64,000 nucleotides of DNA, from contig OZ243941.1 of the NCBI GenBank assembly GCA_965214205.1, positions 1,132,515-1,196,514 of the forward strand, written 5' to 3'. The notes beneath the pieces were generated by a model. That model searched no databases and had not been told where the DNA came from. It worked only from the letters and a program-made list of their open reading frames with translations. This document shows positions 1-9,399 of the stretch, piece by piece. The stretch is from Candidatus Poriferihabitaceae bacterium (GTDB lineage Bacteria; Pseudomonadota; Gammaproteobacteria; Arenicellales; Poriferihabitantaceae). Position 1 is the first letter of the stretch; each line of letters begins with the position of its first letter. The position numbers and the translations under genes were made by a program.

Positions 1-883
1 CCAGCGCGCTCCCATAAAACTCTACAAACTTCCCAACCACGCCATGCTCACGAAGCATCTGCACGATACGCAGAACCAGATCTGTCGCGGTAATCCCTTC
101 CTTCAGTTGCCCGGTCAATTCAAAGCCGACCACGCGCGGAATCAACATCGGGATCGGCTGTCCCAGCATGGCGGCTTCGGCTTCAATACCGCCCACGCCC
201 CAGCCCAGCACGCCGAGGCCATTGATCATGGTGGTATGGCTGTCTGTTCCCACCAGTGTGTCCGGGTAGGCGACCAGGTGACCGCTTTTGTCGTCACTCC
301 ATACGCCCCTGGCCAGGTATTCGAGGTTGACCTGATGGCAGATGCCCGTTCCCGGTGGGACCAGACTGAAGTTGTCAAAAGCTCCCTGCCCCCATTTCAG
401 GAACTGATAGCGTTCCGCGTTGCGCTGCATTTCCAGATTGACATTGGCGGCAAACGCGGTCTGAGTGGCAAATTGGTCAATCACCACGGAGTGGTCAATC
501 ACCAGGTCAACCTGTGATCGAGGGTTGATTTTTTCCGGGTCGATACCGGCTTTGACCAGCGCCTCGCGCATCGCCGCCAGATCCACCACCGCCGGTACTC
601 CGGTAAAGTCCTGCATCAGTACACGGGCGGGATACCAGGCGATTTCCTGGGCCGTATGACCCTCAGCGCTTTTTGCGACGGCTGCGATATCGTCGGAGGT
701 GCAGGAAACTCCGTCTTCGTGGCGCAACAGATTCTCCAGCAGCGCCTTGATCGAATTGGGCAGACGGCTGATGTCGGCAAGGGCGGATACCTTAGCCGAG
801 TTGAGGTCATAGTAGCCGAAGGTGGTTCCATCGACATCCATGGTCGAATAGCTGTCGAATGAATTCTTGCTGGTTTGTGTCAT
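1..883 (-). CDS. acnA: Aconitate hydratase A, N-terminal ~294 codons (gene continues beyond the window start)
   Basis: Absent from the ORF track because it runs off the edge. My minus-strand translation from ATG (rc of 881-883) reads [114 protein letters not shown], the conserved AcnA/IRP N-terminus. The + strand ORFs at 44-862 are antisense shadows. Confidence 0.9.
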   Translation of the reverse strand, partial: MTQTSKNSFDSYSTMDVDGTTFGYYDLNSAKVSALADISRLPNSIKALLENLLRHEDGVSCTSDDIAAVAKSAEGHTAQEIAWYPARVLMQDFTGVPAVVDLAAMREALVKAGIDPEKINPRSQVDLVIDHSVVIDQFATQTAFAANVNLEMQRNAERYQFLKWGQGAFDNFSLVPPGTGICHQVNLEYLARGVWSDDKSGHLVAYPDTLVGTDSHTTMINGLGVLGWGVGGIEAEAAMLGQPIPMLIPRVVGFELTGQLKEGITATDLVLRIVQMLREHGVVGKFVEFYGSAL

Positions 884-978
884 GGTTCTTTTCAAAAAGT
901 GGGGTTCAATCCCGGATTCGGTCGGGGCGGCGATTATACTGTATTTGACCGGGATTCGGATTGCTTTGGCGGCAGCCG

Positions 979-1392
979 CTAGAATGGTTTGATCACGACC
1001 AGAAGGATGATGCCGACCAGATACAGTACCGGCGCTTCATTCATCCACCGATAGTAGACGTGGCTGCGTTTGTTGGCGTCATGCCTGAACGCGAGCAGCG
1101 CCCGATAACACCAGAGATGATGAATGATGACCAGCCCGACCAATACCAGTTTCGCGGACAACCAGTTCCCGGAAAATCCATAACCGATCCATAGCCAGAA
1201 TCCCGAAGCGAGAGTCAGTACCGCTCCCGGCGTCATGATCCCGAAAAACAGTTTCCTCTCCATGACCTTGAATCGCTCGATACTGATGCGATCGTCGGCC
1301 TGGGCATGATAGACATACAATCTGGGCAGGTAGAACAGTCCGGCGAACCAGACAACCATTGAGATAATATGAATTGATTTGATCCAGAGCAT
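979..1392 (-). CDS. hemJ: Protoporphyrinogen IX oxidase HemJ (UPF0093 membrane protein)
   Basis: 137-aa ORF with four hydrophobic segments. The N-terminal signature [20 protein letters not shown] and the later RWMNEAP motif match the HemJ family. Confidence 0.85.
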   Translation of the reverse strand: MLWIKSIHIISMVVWFAGLFYLPRLYVYHAQADDRISIERFKVMERKLFFGIMTPGAVLTLASGFWLWIGYGFSGNWLSAKLVLVGLVIIHHLWCYRALLAFRHDANKRSHVYYRWMNEAPVLYLVGIILLVVIKPF

Positions 1393-1436
1393 TTTGTTTC
1401 AGCCGGTCAGTCCGCGCCCGGTCAATTCTAGCAGGC

Positions 1437-1467
1437 AAAAAAAAGGACGTCCAAAAATCGGACGTCC
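1437..1467 (-). terminator. Rho-independent terminator downstream of the DUF1127 gene
   Basis: On the minus strand the sequence is GGACGTCC-gattttt-GGACGTCC followed by T8: an 8-bp GC-rich stem, 7-nt loop and U-tract, ~31 nt after the stop at 1499. Confidence 0.7.
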
Positions 1468-1498
1468 GAATCAATAACACCAATGGAGGATTAAAACA

Positions 1499-1777
1499 CT
1501 ATGCCGCTTTTCGAAGCTCCTCTGACACTTCGGGCTTGCGGGTTCTTTCAAAGTCCATTTTTACCGGAGCGCCGGGTCGATTGACTGCCTGGGAAATTTC
1601 ATGGCGTTCGATGCCAATATCCTGCAGCAACCGGTCGCTCATGTCAGTCAACTGTTGGACGGCTTTTCTACGCTCGGTCCAGAACTTGATCCGGTCTATA
1701 ATTCGTCGTGTGATTCCGCGACGGAATGAATTGTGAATGACATTCCTGCGATCACTCATGATTGCAACGTTGTTCAT
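1499..1777 (-). CDS. DUF1127 domain-containing small protein
   Basis: 92-aa ORF with the DUF1127 core (AVQQLTDMSDRLLQDIGIERHEI). A strong SD (AGGAGG) sits 6 nt upstream of the ATG. Confidence 0.7.
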   Translation of the reverse strand: MNNVAIMSDRRNVIHNSFRRGITRRIIDRIKFWTERRKAVQQLTDMSDRLLQDIGIERHEISQAVNRPGAPVKMDFERTRKPEVSEELRKAA

Positions 1778-1983
1778 CTCTACCTCCTAATTGACCAAGG
1801 TCATGATAATTGTTAAGAATGTTAAAGCGCCCACGTAGGAGAGTCCCACCTTGATTAATATGTTCGTCATTTTCTTGCTCTCAAAAAACGTTACTGTCTG
1901 GTAACAGGTTGGTTGATCCACTCAACCGACAATGGGAATATAGGGATTGGAAGCGCTATGCACAAACGATATATTTTCATACA

Positions 1984-2007
1984 ATACATGAGCATTCACT
2001 CATGTAT
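1984..2007. promoter_or_regulatory. Perfect 9-bp inverted repeat ATACATGAG-N6-CTCATGTAT just upstream of the LysR gene start (candidate operator)
   Basis: Read directly. The repeat ends 5 nt before the ATG at 2013, in the divergent DUF1127/LysR intergenic region. It has A/T-ended dyad symmetry like LysR-type T-N11-A sites. Function is inferred only. Confidence 0.35.
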
Positions 2008-2012
2008 GAATC

Positions 2013-2942
2013 ATGGCCATCCGCTATCCTTCCATGTCTGCGCTACGGGCTTTTGAGGCCGCGGCCCGTCATTTGAGCTACACTCGCGCGGCCGAAGACC
2101 TGTTTGTGACGCAAAGCGCGATCAGCCACCAGATCAAGCATATCGAGGAACTCTGGGAGGTTGAGCTGTTTCAGCGCCGGGGGCGAACCCTGATCCTGAC
2201 CGAAGCGGGTCACGCCATCGTCCCGGTTGTCCGGAAATTCATGAGACAGTTGACTTCGACCCTGGAAGACCTGAAGGAAGTCCAACCCGGACCAACGGCC
2301 TTGAGAGTGACCTTGCTGCAATCATTCGCCTTTAAATGGCTGGTGCCGAGGCTGGGTCATTTCAACCATGAATATCCCGATATCAATGTATGGATTTCCA
2401 CCTCCGATGAACTGGTGGATTTCGATTCGGAAAATGCCGATGTCGGTATTCGCCTGGGCTATGGAAACTGGAGTAATCTGTATGAGGAACTGCTGCTCCA
2501 GGAATATGTTTTTCCGGTTTGCAGCCCGCATTTTCTGGAGGAGTACGGCATACCCGACAAGCCCGAGGATCTGCTCAGTCTGCCTTTGCTGCGGCGCAAC
2601 GCGATAGACATACTGCAACGCTGGAGAGACTGGTTCAGGGATGCGGATGTCACGGTCAGAAAAATGCCCAAAGGCACCCAGTTTCCGCAAACCAGTCTGG
2701 CCATCCAGGCCGCGATTGATGATCAGGGAGTCGCTCTGGCCCGCAGCGCCCATGTTCTGGATGACATCAAGGCCGGTCGGTTGGTCAGGTTGTTTCCCGA
2801 AGTCAAAAGCAAATCCAATCTTTCCTACTTTTTCGTCTGTATACGGGGCCGGGAAAGCGAACCGCAGATTACCGCTTTTCGGGGCTGGTTGAAACGCGAA
2901 GCGGAAATATCGGAAAGCGAGTTTGAGCGGATGCTGGGCTGA
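2013..2942 (+). CDS. LysR-family transcriptional regulator (GcvA/AmpR-like subgroup)
   Basis: 309 aa. N-terminal wHTH LRAFEAAARHLSYTRAAEDLFVTQSAISHQIKHIEE followed by a LysR substrate-binding domain. Confidence 0.85.
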   Translation: MAIRYPSMSALRAFEAAARHLSYTRAAEDLFVTQSAISHQIKHIEELWEVELFQRRGRTLILTEAGHAIVPVVRKFMRQLTSTLEDLKEVQPGPTALRVTLLQSFAFKWLVPRLGHFNHEYPDINVWISTSDELVDFDSENADVGIRLGYGNWSNLYEELLLQEYVFPVCSPHFLEEYGIPDKPEDLLSLPLLRRNAIDILQRWRDWFRDADVTVRKMPKGTQFPQTSLAIQAAIDDQGVALARSAHVLDDIKAGRLVRLFPEVKSKSNLSYFFVCIRGRESEPQITAFRGWLKREAEISESEFERMLG

Positions 2943-2955
2943 AGGCCACCGGACT

Positions 2956-3963
2956 TCAGCGCCCGCCCGCCCGAATTGCCCGAACCACTTCTGTATGGTC
3001 AAGCCGGGTAAGACATCGCCGCGGACACGATGGTTGATCGCAGCGGTCGCATCCAGCCACACGGACCACCTGATCACGCGGTCCCAGCGGCCCTGTTTTT
3101 CTTTCATCGGTCGGCCCGAACAGCGCGACCACCGGGGTTTTTACCGCCCCGGCGACATGCATCGGGAAACTGTCCCCGGTCAGCATCCGTCCGGCCCGCC
3201 GGGTGAGTTCCGCGAATTCCGGCAGGGTCAGCGTACCCAGCAGGTTGGCGTCGCTGGCCTGTTCGCCAGTCAGGCCATGTCGACTCATCGCCTCATTGAC
3301 TTCGCGCTGGCGTTCCGCGGAACCGGTGAACACGATGTGGAATTGGTCGGCAACCGCTTTTCGGGTCAGCAGATAATTGTCAAGCGGCCAGTCTTTTGAG
3401 GGCCAGCGGGTAAATGGACTCATGATCAGGATCGGCTTTGCCTGTGGATTGGTTCGGGCAAGCAGGTCATCGACTGTACGCTTTTCCTTTGTGCTGACAC
3501 AGAATTCCATTGAGGTATCCAGGGTCGGTATCGCCGCCAGTTCCAGCACCTGATCCATCTCCCGGATCGCGTGCAGGTTCTTGTCCCTGAATCCTTCCAG
3601 CCCCCACCAGTTCCCCTTGACCAGTTTGCGGTCCGCTTTTGCGCCATACAGGAAGAGTACCGACTTCGCCAGTCCCTGAAGGTCAATGGCCAGATCAAAA
3701 CGCTGCCGTCTGATTTTCACCATCACCCCGGATATTTCCCGCCAGGTCCATACTGGTTCCCGGTACCAGTCGCGTTTGATCCGGTAGCGGTCTATGGCAA
3801 TGATTTCATTGACCCAGGCATTATAGCGGTAGATGTCCACGGATGTGCTGGCGGTAAGCAGGGTCAGGTGGCTGTCCGGGTAGCGCTTCTTGAGCGCCCG
3901 GATATGCCCGGTCGAGTGCAGCACATCTCCCAGCGAAGTCTGTTTGATGACCAGGATTTTCAT
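2956..3963 (-). CDS. Glycosyltransferase family 9 (heptosyltransferase-like)
   Basis: 335 aa. The N-terminus MKILVIKQTSLGDVLHSTGHIRALKKRYPDSHLTLL is typical of the GT9 WaaC/WaaF family. A C-terminal TGDSFPMHVAGA motif is also present. Confidence 0.8.
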   Translation of the reverse strand: MKILVIKQTSLGDVLHSTGHIRALKKRYPDSHLTLLTASTSVDIYRYNAWVNEIIAIDRYRIKRDWYREPVWTWREISGVMVKIRRQRFDLAIDLQGLAKSVLFLYGAKADRKLVKGNWWGLEGFRDKNLHAIREMDQVLELAAIPTLDTSMEFCVSTKEKRTVDDLLARTNPQAKPILIMSPFTRWPSKDWPLDNYLLTRKAVADQFHIVFTGSAERQREVNEAMSRHGLTGEQASDANLLGTLTLPEFAELTRRAGRMLTGDSFPMHVAGAVKTPVVALFGPTDERKTGPLGPRDQVVRVAGCDRCDQPSCPRRCLTRLDHTEVVRAIRAGGR

Positions 3964-3978
3964 GACCGGACCATCGGG

Positions 3979-4932
3979 TCAGCCGGTCCGGTATGGGTCG
4001 GACCCGTCCGGCTGTGTCCGGAACCATCTGAACGTCCACATGTACTGTTCCGGCGCCTGACGGATCAGGGCCTCCATCGCCTGGTTGATTCGGGTAGCGT
4101 CGGCTGTGTAATCGTCGCTCGGAACCTGTTCCAGAGGCGGGGCGACGATGATTTTGTATCTCCCGCTCTGCACGTCCAGAATGCAGATGGATGGAATCAC
4201 CACGGCGCCGGTGATTGCCGCTAGCCGACTGACCATGTTGAGAGTGGATCGTTGCCGACCGAAAAAAGGCGCATAGACTGTATGCTTTCCTTCTCCATGA
4301 TCCTCATCCGGAATTAGCAGGCAGGCGTGCCCCTGGGTTATTCCCCGGATCAGTCCGCGCAGACTTTGATCCCGCATATAAAGGCGGGTCTGGTTGAAGC
4401 GGGTCCGTCCCTTGTGCAAAAACCAGTTATATACCGGATTTTTATCCCGTTTCATCATGGAAACCAGAGGGGTTCCAATGAAAAGGGCGATGGCCCCGGT
4501 ATCCATGGCGGTCGTGTGGTATGCAACCATGATCACGTTTTGCGGGCGATCCGGGGAGGATCGCGGCCGTCTGAAGTGTTCGGCGCCCTCGATGTCCACA
4601 TATTTTGACAGTCTCCCGCGTGAACTCATCATGCTGAGGCCCATGTCCATGAGGCTGCGGCCATAGCAGCGAAAGTGCGCTTCCAGCAGTTCCCGCCGTT
4701 CGGATTCAGACAGATCGGGAAAGCAAAGTCGAATATTGATTTCAGCGATATTTCTGCGTTTCCTGTTCCGCAGGCGCATCTGGTCTCCTACGAACCCGCC
4801 CAGACTCATCACCGCCTTTCTCGGCAGCCAGGAAACCAGCCAAAGTAAAAGCAGGGTCAGCCATGCGCTCCAGTATCCCGGTTTGAAGCAGGTCCGGTCG
4901 AGTTTGACTTCAGGGGGAGAACCGGGTGGCAT
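3979..4932 (-). CDS. Lipid A biosynthesis (LpxL/HtrB-type) lysophospholipid acyltransferase family protein
   Basis: ORF 3979-5028. It has an N-terminal membrane anchor (WLTLLLLWLVSWLP), an H-x4-D acyltransferase motif (HTTAMD) and LpxL-like overall layout. I moved the start to Met33 (ATG at 4932) because the first 32 codons lie inside the upstream gene. Confidence 0.75.
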   Translation of the reverse strand: MPPGSPPEVKLDRTCFKPGYWSAWLTLLLLWLVSWLPRKAVMSLGGFVGDQMRLRNRKRRNIAEINIRLCFPDLSESERRELLEAHFRCYGRSLMDMGLSMMSSRGRLSKYVDIEGAEHFRRPRSSPDRPQNVIMVAYHTTAMDTGAIALFIGTPLVSMMKRDKNPVYNWFLHKGRTRFNQTRLYMRDQSLRGLIRGITQGHACLLIPDEDHGEGKHTVYAPFFGRQRSTLNMVSRLAAITGAVVIPSICILDVQSGRYKIIVAPPLEQVPSDDYTADATRINQAMEALIRQAPEQYMWTFRWFRTQPDGSDPYRTG

Positions 4933-5572
4933 CGGGATTGACGAATTTCTGATAACAGGGGTCTCTACCGGCAAGCCAGCACAGGTCGTTCCAGGTGTCG
5001 ATGTCGCGCAGCTTCCGGCAAAAATCAATATCCATGCCGAGTGAGTCCAGATTCGTGAGTAATTGAGATAAAACCTGGCTTGAACCCCAGTCCACCAGAT
5101 CGAATATCCCGCTGTTCAATTCATGCAGGCCGAGAATATAAAAGCCGCCGTCGAACGTGGGTCCGACTATATTTTCCCGTTTACTGAGCCGTGCATGCAC
5201 CTGTGAAAGGATTTTGCCGGAGATATGCGGGACATCGCAACCCATTACCACACCGCAACCGGATTCCCTGATCGACTTTTCGAGTACATGGCTGATTCTT
5301 TGCCCCAGGTCGCCTTCTGTCTGGACTTCGACATCCATACGATAGCGGTTTCTCAAATCCCGGAAGCAGTGATGGTCCGGGTCGGGAGACACCGTGAGCG
5401 CCAGCGAACCGGGCCAGTGTGTCATGACCTTGCTGACTGACTGGACCAGCATCATGAGCGCCAGCTCCGCCGCCCCGGAACCGGTCAACTCCGGCTGCAT
5501 CCGGGTTTTGACCTGTCCTGGAACAGGCGCCTTGGCAAAAAGGTATAACGGAATATCGGGGCTAACGCTCAT
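4910..5572 (-). CDS. DUF2064 / TIGR04282-type transferase (rSAM/selenodomain-associated transferase 1 family)
   Basis: The family signature LYLFAKAPVPGQVKTRM lies at the N-terminus. I set the start at MSVSPDIP (ATG 5572) rather than ORF-track 5605, giving an 11-bp overlap with the upstream gene. Confidence 0.7.
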   Translation of the reverse strand: MSVSPDIPLYLFAKAPVPGQVKTRMQPELTGSGAAELALMMLVQSVSKVMTHWPGSLALTVSPDPDHHCFRDLRNRYRMDVEVQTEGDLGQRISHVLEKSIRESGCGVVMGCDVPHISGKILSQVHARLSKRENIVGPTFDGGFYILGLHELNSGIFDLVDWGSSQVLSQLLTNLDSLGMDIDFCRKLRDIDTWNDLCWLAGRDPCYQKFVNPDATRFSP

Positions 5573-6296
5573 TGCCGTACATTTCGCCCAGACGCTGCGG
5601 GTCAATCCCGATCCAGAACAGAAACCTCAATTTCCACATCAGAAATATGGTTCGGATTGCGCCCCGGTTCTGCCATCGCCGGGCGGAAGTGATGACCGGA
5701 GGACTGATCAGCAGAGGGGAAGAGTGCTTTTTGAGCAGTTTGCTCATTGCGACATCTTCCATCAGACAGATTGGAGGGAAACCGTTGACCCGTTTGAACA
5801 GGGACGCGGTTACGAAAATCCCCTGATCCCCGGTGGCGAGGGGCCGGACACGGGAACGAATCCGGATCATGTTTTCGATCAGGCGGTAGATCCATCCTTT
5901 TGATTCGAGCGCCACGTCGAATCGCCCCCATTGACGTTGTCGGGTGACTTCCCGTTCCACCATGGCGATGGCATTGGCCGGCAATCGGGTATCGCAGTGA
6001 AGAAACAACAGAATGTCACCGGTAGCCGCCCTGGCTCCCAGGTTCATTTGCCGGCTTCGTCCGGGCTGATCCGTTGAAATGATCCGGATCAAGGGCTTCC
6101 CCGGTTCGTGTTGGCAGCGCCGGTCAATGGATTCCGGGATGGATTCCAGGATCGACTCCAGGATTTCCCAGGATTCGTCCTGATCGCTGGCATCGACCAG
6201 TATGGCCTCATGCAGCCCGCGCAAGTCCCGCAAATGTTCCACCAGACCTTCGACGTTTTGTCCTTCGTTATAAAGGGGAGCGACAATCGAGATCAT
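5562..6296 (-). CDS. Family-2 glycosyltransferase, TIGR04283-type (rSAM/selenodomain-associated transferase 2 family)
   Basis: 244 aa with ISIVAPLYNEG...LVDASDQD...GRSRQMNLGARAATGDILLFLHCDTRLP...ARRWQ, the usual partner of the DUF2064 protein. Confidence 0.75.
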   Translation of the reverse strand: MISIVAPLYNEGQNVEGLVEHLRDLRGLHEAILVDASDQDESWEILESILESIPESIDRRCQHEPGKPLIRIISTDQPGRSRQMNLGARAATGDILLFLHCDTRLPANAIAMVEREVTRQRQWGRFDVALESKGWIYRLIENMIRIRSRVRPLATGDQGIFVTASLFKRVNGFPPICLMEDVAMSKLLKKHSSPLLISPPVITSARRWQNRGAIRTIFLMWKLRFLFWIGIDPQRLGEMYGNER

Positions 6297-6339
6297 GTCA
6301 ACGTTACTGAATCAGGCACACTGAAGCCGCGGCTGCGGA

Positions 6340-7551
6340 TTACTTTTTCCGGCTGGCGGCGATTCGCATCCGCAAGGCATTCAGTTTGATGAAGCCGGTT
6401 GCGTCAGCCTGGTTATAGGCGCCGGCATCCTCTTCGAAGGTCACAATTTTCTCGTCGAACAACGAATCGGTTTTTGACTGACGTCCCAGCACATCGACAT
6501 TGCCCTTGTACAAGCGCAGCCGGACCTCTCCGTTCACGGTCGCCTGGGAGGCGTCGATCATACCCTGCATCATGACCCGCTCCGGGCTGAACCAGTAACC
6601 GTTGTAGACCAGACTGGCATAGCGCGGCATCAGTTCGTCCTTCAGATGGGCTACCTCCCGGTCCACGGTGAGTGATTCGATCGCGCGATGGGCCTTATGG
6701 ATGATGGCGCCGCCCGGGGTTTCATAGCAGCCCCTGTTCTTCATGCCGACATACCGGTTTTCGACAATGTCCGCCCGGCCAATGCCGTGGAGCGACCCCC
6801 GTCTGTTCAAATCCACCATAACCTGCGCCGGAGTCAGCTCCTGGCCGTTGATCGACACGACATCTCCCTGCTTGAAGCCAAGCAGCAATTCTTCCGGCGC
6901 GTCCGGCGCGTCCATCGGAGAGTTGGTCCAGCCCCAGGCTTCATCACCGGGTGTTGTCCATGGGTCTTCCAGTTCCCCCCCCTCATGAGAGATATGCAAC
7001 AGATTCGCGTCAATCGAATAAGGGGAACCGCCGTCTTTTTTCTTCTCGATATGAATGCCATGCTTCTGCGCGTACTCCATCAGCTTTTCCCGGGAGGTCA
7101 GATTCCACTCTCGCCAGGGCGCGATGATCCGGATATCCGGGTTCAGGGCGTATGCGGACAACTCGAATCGGACCTGGTCGTTGCCTTTGCCGGTGGCGCC
7201 ATGCGAGATGGCGTCGGCATTGGTCTTGCGGGCGGTTTCAACCAGGTGTCTGGCGATCAGCGGACGGGCGATCGAGGTGCCCAGCAAGTATTCGCCTTCG
7301 TAGACCGCATTGGCGCGAAACATCGGGAAAACATAATCACGGGCGAATTCTTCGGTCAGGTCTTCGATGAATATATCCCGGATTCCATACTTTTGCGCTT
7401 TCTTGCGGGCCGGTTCGAGGTCTTCACCCTGACCGATATCCGCTGTGAAGGTGACCACCTCGCAGTGGTATTCATCCTGCAGCCATTTCAGGATGATTGA
7501 CGTATCCAGTCCTCCGGAATAGGCCAGAACAGCCTTGTTGATTTCTGACAT
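6340..7551 (-). CDS. argG: Argininosuccinate synthase
   Basis: 403 aa with [12 protein letters not shown] (ATP PPi-loop) and full-length ArgG similarity. Confidence 0.95.
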   Translation of the reverse strand: MSEINKAVLAYSGGLDTSIILKWLQDEYHCEVVTFTADIGQGEDLEPARKKAQKYGIRDIFIEDLTEEFARDYVFPMFRANAVYEGEYLLGTSIARPLIARHLVETARKTNADAISHGATGKGNDQVRFELSAYALNPDIRIIAPWREWNLTSREKLMEYAQKHGIHIEKKKDGGSPYSIDANLLHISHEGGELEDPWTTPGDEAWGWTNSPMDAPDAPEELLLGFKQGDVVSINGQELTPAQVMVDLNRRGSLHGIGRADIVENRYVGMKNRGCYETPGGAIIHKAHRAIESLTVDREVAHLKDELMPRYASLVYNGYWFSPERVMMQGMIDASQATVNGEVRLRLYKGNVDVLGRQSKTDSLFDEKIVTFEEDAGAYNQADATGFIKLNALRMRIAASRKK

Positions 7552-7628
7552 GGTTGTTTTCGTATTTTGGTAAGCTATCAGGTTTTATTATATCATTAAC
7601 CATGTAACCGTTTGAGAAGGACAGGCAA

Positions 7629-8537
7629 GTGGCAATTCGACATCTGTTAAGCTGTATGGATTTGACCGAACAAGAGCTTCGGCAATTGATTTCGCGGTCC
7701 ATTGAACTCAAGGCCGAGCTCCCCTCAGGCCGCCATACTCAATTCATGCAGGGCAAAACCGCGGTGCTGGTGTTCGAAAAACAGTCTACCCGTACCCGCG
7801 TCTCGTTTGAAACCGGCATCGGTCAATTCGGCGGGAACGCGATTTTCCTGTCGCCTTCCGACTCTCAACTGGGTCGCGGAGAGTCGATAGCGGACACGGC
7901 ACGGGTGCTTTCCAGAATGGCTGATCTGATCGTCATGCGAACCGGAGCGCACGCGCGCGTTGAGACGATGGCGGAAAACGCCTCGGTGCCGGTAATCAAC
8001 GGATTATCCGACTACAATCATCCCTGCCAGATTCTCGCGGATATCCAGACATTTACCGAACATCGCGGAGATATCGGGGGCCGCAAGATCGCCTGGGTCG
8101 GTGATGGCAACAACGTGTGTCATTCGTGGATGAACGCGGCCCGGCAATTCGGTTTCGAACTGCACATTGCCACACCGAAAAATCAGCGGCCTGACGAGGC
8201 GCTGGCGATACAATGCGCGGACCATATCGTCCTGACCGAAGACCCGGTGGAGGCTTGCGCCGACGCGGCGTTGGTGGTTACCGATACCTGGTCCGGAATG
8301 GGCTATGAAAAGGAAAAGAAATTTCGTGAGAAAATATTCAAAGGTTACTGCGTTGATCAGAAATTGATGGAGTGCGCGGCCAACGACGCGCTGTTCATGC
8401 ACTGCCTGCCGGCCTATCGCGGCAGTGAAGTGACCGCGGAAGTGATCGACGGCCCGCAAAGCGTAGTCTGGGACGAAGCGGAAAACCGCCTGCACGCGCA
8501 AAAGGCGCTGATCGAATTTTTATTGTCGGGGGATTAA
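7629..8537 (+). CDS. argF: Ornithine carbamoyltransferase
   Basis: 302 aa with GTG start. Carries the STRTR carbamoyl-phosphate motif, HPCQ and HCLPA motifs. Divergent from argG. Confidence 0.95.
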   Translation: MAIRHLLSCMDLTEQELRQLISRSIELKAELPSGRHTQFMQGKTAVLVFEKQSTRTRVSFETGIGQFGGNAIFLSPSDSQLGRGESIADTARVLSRMADLIVMRTGAHARVETMAENASVPVINGLSDYNHPCQILADIQTFTEHRGDIGGRKIAWVGDGNNVCHSWMNAARQFGFELHIATPKNQRPDEALAIQCADHIVLTEDPVEACADAALVVTDTWSGMGYEKEKKFREKIFKGYCVDQKLMECAANDALFMHCLPAYRGSEVTAEVIDGPQSVVWDEAENRLHAQKALIEFLLSGD

Positions 8538-8657
8538 CCCGGACTATCGCCATGTCATTGAATAAAAACCTTCACAAGGAAAGGCGAGAGAGATGTCTTT
8601 TTAATATATCTTTCTTACGTTATACTCTATTTTGGTGATCAGCAAATTGGAAGGTTT

Positions 8658-8939
8658 ATGGTTATGGTTACATCAGCACACAACGACAGCGCAAAAGTTT
8701 TCATGGCAGGTAAGTCGCAGGCGGTGCGGTTGCCGAAGAAATATCGTTTCGCCGAAGGCTGCGACGAGGTTTCAATTCGGCAAGTTGGTCGCTCGCTCAT
8801 TCTGAGCCCACGCTTCGCGGATTGGGACGAGTTTTGGGCAAATACTCCCCCGTTCGACGACGACATGGTCAAGATTGTTTTGGGCCGAGACGAGGCGGTC
8901 GCGAGAAATGACCCCAAACGTGCGAGCTTTGACGAATGA
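8658..8939 (+). CDS. vapB: Type II antitoxin VapB (AbrB/SpoVT-fold, VagC-like)
   Basis: 93 aa with KVFMAGKSQAVRLPKKYRF, the SpoVT/AbrB swapped-hairpin motif. Its stop overlaps the vapC start by 4 bp. Confidence 0.8.
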   Translation: MVMVTSAHNDSAKVFMAGKSQAVRLPKKYRFAEGCDEVSIRQVGRSLILSPRFADWDEFWANTPPFDDDMVKIVLGRDEAVARNDPKRASFDE

Positions 8940-9328
8940 AAGTCATGCTGGATACGGACAGTTGTATTTACCTGATTAATCGTCGTAAAGGAATGATGCC
9001 ACAGGCGCGGTTACAGGACTGTTGCATTTCAGCCATCGTTTTAGGTGAATTGGAATTCGGCATTTTGAAAAGTCAGCGACCAGACATGAATCGCAAACGG
9101 CTACAGAATTTTCTGAGTTCCGTTGCGGTGAGGCCAGTCGGAGAGGCCGAATCAATTGCTTACGGGGAAATCCGATTAGCATTAAAAACCCAACTGATTG
9201 GCCGCAACGACATGTGGATTGCGGCGCACGCAGTGGCGCTTGATCTAACACTTGTGACAAATAACATGCATGAATTTTCGCGCGTCCCCGGATTGGTTAT
9301 TGATAACTGGTTGGATGAAAATCAATGA
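8936..9328 (+). CDS. vapC: Type II toxin VapC (PIN-domain ribonuclease)
   Basis: 130 aa with the MLDTDSCIY N-terminal acidic PIN motif and the C-terminal LVTNNMHEFSRVPGL motif. Confidence 0.85.
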   Translation: MKVMLDTDSCIYLINRRKGMMPQARLQDCCISAIVLGELEFGILKSQRPDMNRKRLQNFLSSVAVRPVGEAESIAYGEIRLALKTQLIGRNDMWIAAHAVALDLTLVTNNMHEFSRVPGLVIDNWLDENQ

Positions 9329-9399
9329 TCACGCTCTGCTCTGGGGATGAAACCCAATGGCCAGTTTGACCCGTTCATTAAATACCAACGGTAAGGCAG

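Noticed and set aside
44-862. Plus-strand ORFs of 157, 64 and 68 aa at the left edge
   Set aside because: All are antisense to the clearly coding acnA frame on the minus strand, which the ORF track omits because it runs off the window.
7552-7628. Looked for ARG boxes (TGAAT-N4-ATTCA type) in the divergent argG/argF control region
   Set aside because: No TGAAT/ATTCA dyad is present. There are only generic AT-rich stretches, so no regulatory site can be supported.
8556-9389. Imperfect direct repeat flanking vapBC-1 (CATTGAATAAAAAC at 8556-8569 vs CATTAAATACCAAC at 9376-9389)
   Set aside because: Only 11/14 identity in AT-rich sequence, so chance similarity is likely. This is not enough to call a target-site duplication.
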